Source: Octopus sinensis (lineage: Eukaryota). From it: a stretch of DNA of 64,000 bases. Location: the NCBI RefSeq assembly GCF_006345805.1, contig NW_021833648.1, forward strand, positions 1-64,000, given 5' to 3'. The translations under genes were made by a program, and so were the position numbers. The notes beneath the pieces are model-generated. The model made no database searches, was not told the origin of the DNA, and was given only the letters and a program-made list of their open reading frames with translations. Shown one piece after another: positions 56,100 to 64,000 of this stretch. How positions within the stretch are numbered: the stretch's first letter is position 1; each line of letters starts with the position of its first letter.

Positions 56100-57215
56100 T
56101 CATAGAATCATAGTCAAGGTGGCTTCGTCATTCATACGTGCCATCCTTGCTACATTCACCATCTTTTTTAAAAACATTCACTAGACAAAACTTGCCTCTC
56201 TACTCTCACTTTCCTCTTCAAGTGATACTTGAAGAAGTTGATGAGAGATTGACCAAGAGGAAAGTGTTTGTCTCTAATCCTTTCAGGCGTGTCCACCAGA
56301 TACATTCTTTCGCCATAGCCACAAGTATGATAAAAATAGCTCTTCCTTCCCGTTTGAAGGAAGGAGGCGTGACGATATTAACGATAGACTCGGCTGATAA
56401 CCGACACGTCCCACACGTGACAGCAGTCGTTCGACATAAGCCCACAGGTCGGAAATTGCTGGACACTGCACGATTGCGTGCAGAGCGGTTTCGTCGCTCT
56501 GACCGCATCTCGGGCAGGTCGGCCCCGTGTTTCTCGAGCCATGCCTATAGAGCTTATCCCGAATGGGTAGCGCTTCTCGGTAGCACCGCCAGGCCAGGGA
56601 TCTCTGGAAGTTGTCCATAGGTCCCGGGCCGAAAGTCGTTTGAAACAGGTGGGTCAGGTATTCCTCGTCGACGCCCAGGTTTTCCCCGAGCTCGTCGTCG
56701 TACCTCCCCTCCACTAATCCTCTATAGAATGCTTTGGTTGTGTTGAAGTCACTCAAGGTCGACCCGGGACGGCAGAGTTGCTTGAGAGCAACGCGATACT
56801 CGCGGTGCCATTCGCCCTTCCTCGGCCTCTTTTTGATCCACGACTGTAGTTCGGTCATGGAGACGAGTTGCGGGAATGCGTGCCTCACAAACGGCGACCA
56901 CACCTGTTCACCGTCGTCTACATAGAGCTGGAGATGTCGCAGTCTCAGCGCGTGTCTGCGCATCATCAACCACGGCATGCCCAGCCCTCCTTTTAACAGG
57001 TGTTGACAGCAAATGGATCGCCTGACCATCGGGACGCATCCTTTCCACAAGAAGCGGAAGAGAATGCGTTCTAGTTTGGTGATGGTAGGGTCGGGACAAG
57101 GTACGACGGTCAGGCGGTAGTAGTAGATGATGGACGCGATGTACGCGTTCACCACCTCCGCCCGACCTTTTAGGGACAGTTTCCTCTCGGCCCATTGCTG
57201 GGCGAGAGTGACCAC
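56100..57215 (-). pseudogene. Tx1 ORF2 C-terminal region with Cys/His zinc-binding motif
   Basis: WAERKLSLKGRAEVVNAYIAS; FRFLWKG; GGLGMP; CPRCGQSDETALHAIVQC. The frame ends ...DEATLTMIL* near 56100. Confidence 0.88.
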
Positions 57216-57223
57216 CCTACTCG

Positions 57224-58726
57224 TTATCTCGTTCCAGTCTTCTCCATTTGGAGGTCCGGACCGACCGAAACCAGACCGAGCAACTCAACCGGGCCGTCTG
57301 TCCAGCGTCCCACGACGGAGGTACTGGTGGACGGCATGGGCTTGCTTCTCCAGGTGCCGAGCCGCAAGCCCACTGAGTTTTCCCGGTTGATTTTTGCTCC
57401 TGTCACCGCTTCGTAGTCTTTCAGTGTCTCGCCTACCCGCTCGATGTGCTCGTGGCTTGACACTATGACGGTGACGTCGTCCGCGTATGCAGACACGCTC
57501 GTCCCGCATCCTAATTCTCGCGGGATGCCCCTCAGAGTCGCCAGCTTCCGCAGTAGTGGCTCAAGAGTCAATACGTATAGAAAGCGCCAGAGGGGGCATC
57601 CCTGACGGACCGAACGTGCAATGTCGAAGGGGTACGATAGATGTCCATTTACGCGAATTACCGAACGGATGCCTCTGTACAAGGCAGCTATCCAGCCGCG
57701 GAAGACGGGACCGAAACCAGCCGCTCTCAGGACCGCCTCCAAGTATCGATGGTCTACCTATCAAAGGCTTTCGATTGATCCAAGTTGATCAGGGCCCCAC
57801 CCATGCCAGATTCGTTAACTACCCTGTCTATGATGTAGCGCATCAGATGGAGGTTGTTCATGGATGCTCCGGCCCGGCACAGCGCACGTTTGCGTTGTCG
57901 ACCAGTTTCTCGATGACAAGCGCCAACCTCTTGGCTAACACCTTTGTCAAAATTTTCAGGTCTGCATTGAGCAGAGTGATTGGCCTAAAGTTATCTATAA
58001 TGTTTCCCTTGTTTGGATCTTTCTTCAGCAGAGTTACAGCTCCTCGACTCACAAAACCGGGTATGCTCCCGTTTTGCTGCCAGTTGCAGTATACCGCTGC
58101 CAAGACGTCTCCAAACAAGTCTGGCATACAATAGTAAAATTCGTAGGGTAGACCATCCAAACCTGGTGATTTGTCCCTCGAGCATCTGCCATCGCTTCCC
58201 GCACTTCCGCCGCCGTGATGGCACCTTCGCAGCACCCTGCCTTTCTTGTCGAGAGTCGTGGCAGGCTATGTAGGTAGGCACTGAAGTCTACCCTACGTTC
58301 TTGCCCTCCACTCGTCCCGAACAGTCGGGCAAAATGCTGCTGAAAAGCCCTCACACTTTTACTTGGCTCGAGCAATTCGCGCCCCTGTACATCTACCAGT
58401 GACCGAATGGTGGCTTTGTTGCCCTGTTGCGCCTCTGCCACCCGGGCCTCTCTCGCGGCTCCAACACCTTCGTTCCTTAGAGCACGCATCCTAGCTCTGA
58501 CAGCACATCCTTCGTGTTTGGCGTTGAAGTGTTGGTCGAGGGCCAACCTCGCCGCCAAAACGTCGGATGCGATGCCGCTTCTAATTGCCTCTTCTAGCTT
58601 CTTAACTAGCTCACCCTCTACTCTATTTCTATCTATGGCTAGTGCTTTGCTGTACCTAATCGCTTCTGCTTTTACTGCTCTCTTGAGGGCAAACCACCAT
58701 TTGTTGTTGATGATGGCTCCCGTCAA
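57224..58726 (-). pseudogene. Tx1 ORF2 linker and reverse transcriptase domain (frameshifted pieces)
   Basis: WWFALKRAVK; KSPGLDGLPYEFY; NFRPITLLNADLKILTKVLAKRL; SVRQGCPL; SAYADDVTV. Confidence 0.93.
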
Positions 58727-58737
58727 AGCCCTCTTTA

Positions 58738-59534
58738 CTAGTGTGCTAATCCGGTCTCTGAAAACTTGTCTGGACGGAATGATGCGTTCAGTTTCCAGTA
58801 CCCAGGACCCTGTCTATGTGCCTTATCTAAGTCTAGCGTACACGTCACCAATTTGTGATCCGTGTAGCTGACTGTGTGGAATTGTGGACATCCTAAGTCA
58901 TCCTTGTCTACTGTCCTACACAGTATCCTATCTAGATACGATCTCGACGACCCACTGCGGTTGCTCCACGTCCACGTTGGTGCATTTGGGTGGTCGAGTC
59001 GGTACCTGTCAGACAGTTGGAATCGTCTGAGCAGGTCTCTGAGGCATTTGCATTCCCTTCTGTTTCTGTCTCTACCCACGTAATCTACATGCGTGTCCAA
59101 GGTAGCATTCCAATCCCCCACTAAGAGTAAAGGACGAGACGTTCCCAAGAATACTTCTAGACGTCGAAAGAAATCCGCCCGACCTGTTAAGGGCGGTGCG
59201 TAGACTGATACGAGTCGAAAAGCGCACCCATTGCTGCCGTCAACATCCAGAACGATCAGTCTACCCTCCGGGTCTACGAATATCGTCTTGACTTCGAGAT
59301 CCAGGCTCTTGTGAAAAAGTACCGCGGTGCCACTACCGCCCATCCTCGGCAGACAGGGAGCGAAATAAATGTTAAACTGTCCGCCAAACATGGACTTTAG
59401 GGCCCGTGGCTCGTGGAGTCTGGTCTCACTTATGGCTATGATTCCCAAATCATGTGACTTGATGTCATTTAGGAGGTATCCTTGTTTCCAAGGAGACCCT
59501 AAGCCACGCGCATTCACACACCAATCTTGACCAT
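58738..59534 (-). pseudogene. Tx1 ORF2 apurinic-like endonuclease (APE) domain
   Basis: NARGL...IAISETRL...LVSVYAP...LVGDWNA...SRSYLDRIL...YTDHKLV...PGYWKLNAS are the canonical L1/Tx1 APE motifs. A 1-nt gap separates MVKIG (ATG 59534) from NARGL. Confidence 0.93.
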
Positions 59535-59539
59535 GATTC

Positions 59540-61704
59540 TATTGGGGTGTGTGCTTTAAAACACACAAATGAAAGTACAGAGAGTTACTTACTTGTGTCG
59601 AAAGTTTTGGCTTCCTCCTCTTTCTTTGATGTGTCTTCGAGGAGGTTTCTATATAGTTTTTGGGACAGATATTTCTGGAAACCCCCTACACAGCATTTGG
59701 GAAGAGGCTTTGAGTTTGTGGTGTTGTGTTTGTGTGATGTGTAGTATTTTGATGTGTTTGGGTGGTGTAGTGCGTGGATATTGCTATTTTTAAGTCATCT
59801 TCACAAATGTTTGTGTATCCTGTGATGTACTCCATTAGTTTGGAGTCTTTTGTGTCTATCGCTGATAGCATTGTTTTTGTGGTGTTGGTGCTTGTTTTGT
59901 TGTGTATGGAGTTTTCAGGTTCAGGTATCTCCCTGCTTTGGTTGCGATTTCTTGTTTGGTTTTTCTTGATCTTTTTCTTTTACCCCCTGTGGCTATTTGC
60001 CATTCTGTCGAACTTTCATCGTTCATCGTTAATGAAATCTGACGAATCAGCAGGGGGCAAGGGTAAAGCGTCTGGGTGTGTTTGTGCGGTTGTAGATATT
60101 GTTGTGGTGCGCGGGAGGGTGTTGCTGGGGGGTTTGTTGTGGTTATTGTCTCTCCTACATCCTTGGTGCTTGTCTTCTTCGTTGTTATTCTTGTGTTGGA
60201 ATTGGTTTATTTGTTGTTGGTGGTGATGATTCTTGTTCTTGGGGCGCTGGTGTTGGTGTTGTTTGGTTGGGTTGGCTTGTTCTTTGTTGTTTTTCCTGCA
60301 TTTCCGCATACAGCTTCTTGACTAGCTGTCCATATTGTGGTGTGGGCAATAATCCTGGCTTTTGTGATTTTCCTGTGGCTGTTGTTGTTGTTGTAATTTT
60401 GCGGCAGATTTGCACTCCTTTTTGAGGTGTGCCTCACTGCCACATGTATAGCATCGTGGCCTTCTGCCCTCGACTACTACGTATAACTTGCGGCCATCCT
60501 CAAGATGTACGTGGGTGGGGATTTTATTTATGTCCTCTTGACTTATGTGGAAGAGGAACTCTATTCTCTTTCCCAGCCAGTCCTTGTTTTCCGAAACACC
60601 GATGTCTAGGATGTTTAAGTCCTCCATTTCGGATGTTAAGGCGGATGCTATCCACAGTGTTGTAGTCACTTGGGGGACACCACTGATAATGACTTTCGTC
60701 ACCTTCTGGCCGAGGTAACTCGGTGTCAACGTTAGTTCATCAGAATGAAGGGTTATCGTTGAGAATTTCTTCGCCAACTCTTCATTCTGAAAAACCACCT
60801 GTACGTGTGCGAACTTGTTCGCCCAAGTCACACAATCCTTGTATCCCCAGATGGGGCGTAAGCACTTTTCGACTTTGTCTGTGCTTGCCTTTTCTGGACT
60901 TTTAGTTTTTTTGTTTGTGATTTTATATACAATTGTCTTTTTTTTTCCTCATTCAGTATGTGCTGAGGTATGTGTAAGAGTATTTTTCCGTTTTGATTTG
61001 TAATAAGTTTCTGCAATCTTTAATCTGTTGTGTAGTAAACGAACTTTTGTTACCTTTTCTTTTATCGCCTCGGCGAAGTTTGTTGTTGCTTTGTTATTGT
61101 TGTTACTACTTGCCGGTGGTGTTGGTGTTGATGGCAGGGGTGTGGGTTGTAGGTTTGTGGTTGCTGATTATGCAACTAGCAAGGGGTGGGAAATTGCCTG
61201 CGTAATTAGTCCTGCATTAGCGCAAATTTCGGCATTTCGTTTGCTTGTCGTCGTCGTTATTTTTTCCACTTGTTGGTGATGGAGTGAGCAGTGGTTGAAG
61301 GGAATTGTTGTTGTCGTCGTCGTCGTTGTTGTTGTTGTTTTGTTTGTTGTGTTATTGTCGTTCTTGGTGACGGTGGTGGTGTTAGTAGTATTAGTAGCAT
61401 TGACGGCACGGTCTTTGGTGGCGGTGATGGTGGTGTTGGTATTGTTATTGGTGGCGTTGTCTTTAGTAGGGATAGCAGTTTCAGTAGCAGATTCTGCCAT
61501 GGTGTTGCTGTCAGTGTTGGTGGTGGACTTACTGATGGTGTTGACGGTGCTTGGCCTTGCGACCTTTGTTTTGTATTTGTTGCTGTTGTCGATGTTGATG
61601 GTGGTGGGGTTGTCAGGTTCAGCATATGCTAACAGAGCATCCTGTTTTTCTGTTTCTGCGTCACGCTTGACTTGCACCTCAGCCTCGTGGTGGCCAGTGG
61701 CCAT
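59540..61704 (-). pseudogene. Tx1 ORF1 (gag-like nucleic-acid-binding protein), split by frameshifts
   Basis: ATG at 61704 (MATGHHEAEV...). Pieces at 61168-61704, 60828-61016 and 60322-60831; the last contains VVVEGRRPRCYTCGSEAHLKKEC (C-X2-C-X4-H-X4-C). Thr/Asn/Gln-rich segments on both sides. The 3' boundary is approximate. Confidence 0.75.
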
Positions 61705-62249
61705 TTTGGAAATAAAATGGCTAAATGAAACCACGAAGGCTATGAGAATTTTTTCTTTTAATTTTGCCCACAAGGGGAAAAATTTTGTGTCGATATTTAT
61801 CAAAGGTTTACAGTGGATGTTGTTGCACAACTTTTAAGCACAAAACGTTTGTCAATATACACTTTTGAAACGTACAAAAATACCAACTTACGTGGAGCCC
61901 ATTTGACTTGCGTCCGTCTGTCAGAGAGAGATAGATAGATAGTGGTAGAGTGTCACTTGGTGGCTTGCATGTTGCATTGATGTTCGTAAGATTATGGTTT
62001 GAATTTCACGTTGCTCCAGTTCACTCAGCTGGCAAAAATGAGTAACCCTACGAATAACAAACTTCCAGTCTATGGTAGGGAGAGGGGAAGAATATATACA
62101 CAACAGAATCTAGGAAACCGGTTTATGGGCTTATGGCATGGGTTGGCCCTTTGGTCCTTTTTTATTATATGTACACATACATACACACACACAAACCAGT
62201 ATTAGTAGAACTTCTTAAATTATCTGTCAATTTTCGAGCAAAATTTACC

Positions 62250-63185
62250 ATATATACTTTTGTTCATCAGTGTTAACTACCAAATCGTTTGAAGGATCTT
62301 TTATATATCTAGCGTTTCTGCGGATTTTAATTCAAAGAATTTCAGGTTTCATTCATCAATTGCCCTTTTCTGCCTCTTCAGTAAACATACATCTCTTGCA
62401 GTTTTTGAGTATATTACCCAACGTTTCTCGAGTCCATAGCCATCTTACACAAGAACGTTATACGTTTATATGTAATCTAGCAAAATATTTTTTAAAAAAC
62501 ACTTTTTTCTTTCCTGAATACCAAAGTTCCCCCAACTCTTGAGCGTTATTAGTGAAGTTTGTGGTCGATTGTCATGAAGTATGATTGGGCTTCTTCTGCT
62601 GATCTGTCTGGTATGGAGGAATAGCAATTTTTCGTTCATTTTGGCAATTTCACGACAATACGCTTCTGCAGTAATGGTTTTTTCCGGTTTTTAAGAAGAT
62701 ATAGTGAAAGTGTCCAGCAGTACACCACCAAACAGTTACCATAAACTTCTTTTGGAAGAGCTCGGTTTAGGGAAGGTTTTTCGATGCTTCATTTTGGCCT
62801 AACCACTGCGAAGAAGATTTTTTATTATTGTACAGAACCCACTTTTCATCGTAAGTTACAATACGGTCGAGAAATGAATCGTCTGGTTACGGAGAAGAAG
62901 CGACGACCAAATTTCATACCTGCGCAGTTTCTGATTTTCGTTTAAATCGTGTGGTACCAATTTGTCGAGCTGTTTTGATTTTCCGATCGCGTAAATAGTT
63001 GGAGGCAGTTTTCTGGCTAACTTGAAATTCTTTTGCCAGTTCTCGAGTGTATCATGCTTACTCTATCAGAATTAAGTTAGGGGCCTGTATGTCTAAGGCT
63101 CTACGTGTGAGCCATAGATACGCACCAATTCAATGAGCTGCTATGGAACAACTGATTATTCTTTGTCGAAAACGACGGAGATCCA
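62250..63185 (-). mobile_element. Degraded mariner, Hsmar1/cecropia-like
   Basis: LDKLVPHDLNENQKLRRYEIWSSLLLRN..FLDRIVTYDEKWVLYNN; RSPIILHDN. Confidence 0.85.
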
Positions 63186-64000
63186 TTTACTTTATACATA
63201 CATACATATATATATATACATATTCACTCATACATATGTCATTTTTTACTTTTATTTTTTCCTTTTCTTGTCATTTGCTTTCTTATTTTAAGTTCCCCGA
63301 TTGTACTGTCCCATCTATGTTCGCCCCTTGTGGGTAATAAAAAAAAAAAATCCCCTTGTGGGTAGTAATAAAATCACATAAGTACATATATATATATATA
63401 TATATATATAATCACGGTTAAGAATCGAACTTAAGTTAACTAGAAGTGTTTTTAAAATATGTACATCAAATTATATTCCCTCAACCAATGAAATTAAGCT
63501 GTTCTTTTCTAGATTCTCGAGAATCTTGTTCAATGCGCAAAGTGTTAGGAAGTTTTGTTGAAATTTACATAAATGTTGGTCATAAATTTACATAAATATT
63601 GGTAATTCTGAGAACTGCTAAGTCAAACGAGGTAGAAGGACGTAGTTAGACCGTGCTGCCGCTGAACTTTCGCTGTCGTGTTTCTTTCATAGAACCATTT
63701 ATTCGTCGTCCATGAAACACAACTTGAGGAGTATGTAGATTGTTATATTTTGTGAAATATCGTCACTGACCCTTTGTTTGAAGTTTTAAATCGATATTGC
63801 AACTTTCCAATCTCTTATTTCTGATTATTTGGTGTCATATTTTTTTTTAATTGCATTCTAGATTTACCAAACTGACTCAAATTGTGGATCTTTTGTAAGT
63901 GGAAGCCATCCCCCTGAAGTGCACGATATTTTAAAGACAGCTTTGTTGCCACTTTTTTCTCTTTTGGTCAAGCTTTCTTTCATTTAAGAGTTGTAATCTA

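Larger units (their letters stand above)
55755..61923 (-). mobile_element. Near-full-length Tx1-like (L1-clade) non-LTR retrotransposon, frameshifted
   Basis: 5'UTR, ORF1 with CCHC knuckle, APE endonuclease, RT (YADD), C-terminal Cys motif and a 3'UTR ending in AATAA(A)GAAAC, all in collinear order. Bounded by (GATA)n at 55475-55754 and by gagagagatagatagatag at 61924-61942. Confidence 0.93.

Noticed and set aside
56138-58871. Several plus-strand ORFs overlapping the Tx1 ORF2
   Set aside because: Antisense shadows of a GC-richer coding region, with no recognisable motifs.
63862-63894. Possible 33-nt micro-exon (ttctag| ... |gtaagt)
   Set aside because: Splice-like motifs alone are too common in AT-rich DNA, and there is no partner exon or homology in the window.

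Overview
AT-rich, microsatellite-saturated eukaryotic DNA that is almost entirely transposon-derived. The SINE families look like those of Octopus (coleoid cephalopod); this is recognition, not a database match. No host protein-coding exon could be supported, and most ORFs in the supplied track are microsatellite read-throughs. Contents: (1) a near-full-length Tx1-like (L1-clade) non-LTR retrotransposon on the minus strand (55755-61923) plus a 5'-truncated sister copy (41577-42608), both bounded on each side by (GATA)n; (2) a 924-bp ORF1-only 'half-Tx1' retrocopy with an exact 18-bp target-site duplication (32671-33594); (3) a tRNA-like SINE subfamily whose last ~43 nt match the Tx1 3' tail; (4) several R4/Dong-type restriction-like-endonuclease LINE pieces stacked in (TAA)n arrays; (5) mariner remnants at four loci, CR1/L2 and RTE fragments, MITEs and fold-back palindromes; (6) a Penelope-type minimal hammerhead ribozyme with a U3-A8 compensatory core. 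The best candidate for an undescribed system is the Tx1 / half-Tx1 / SINE set, which shares a 3' stem-loop-plus-AATAAA tail and shows apparent microsatellite target preference. All alignments were done by eye and many boundaries are approximate.
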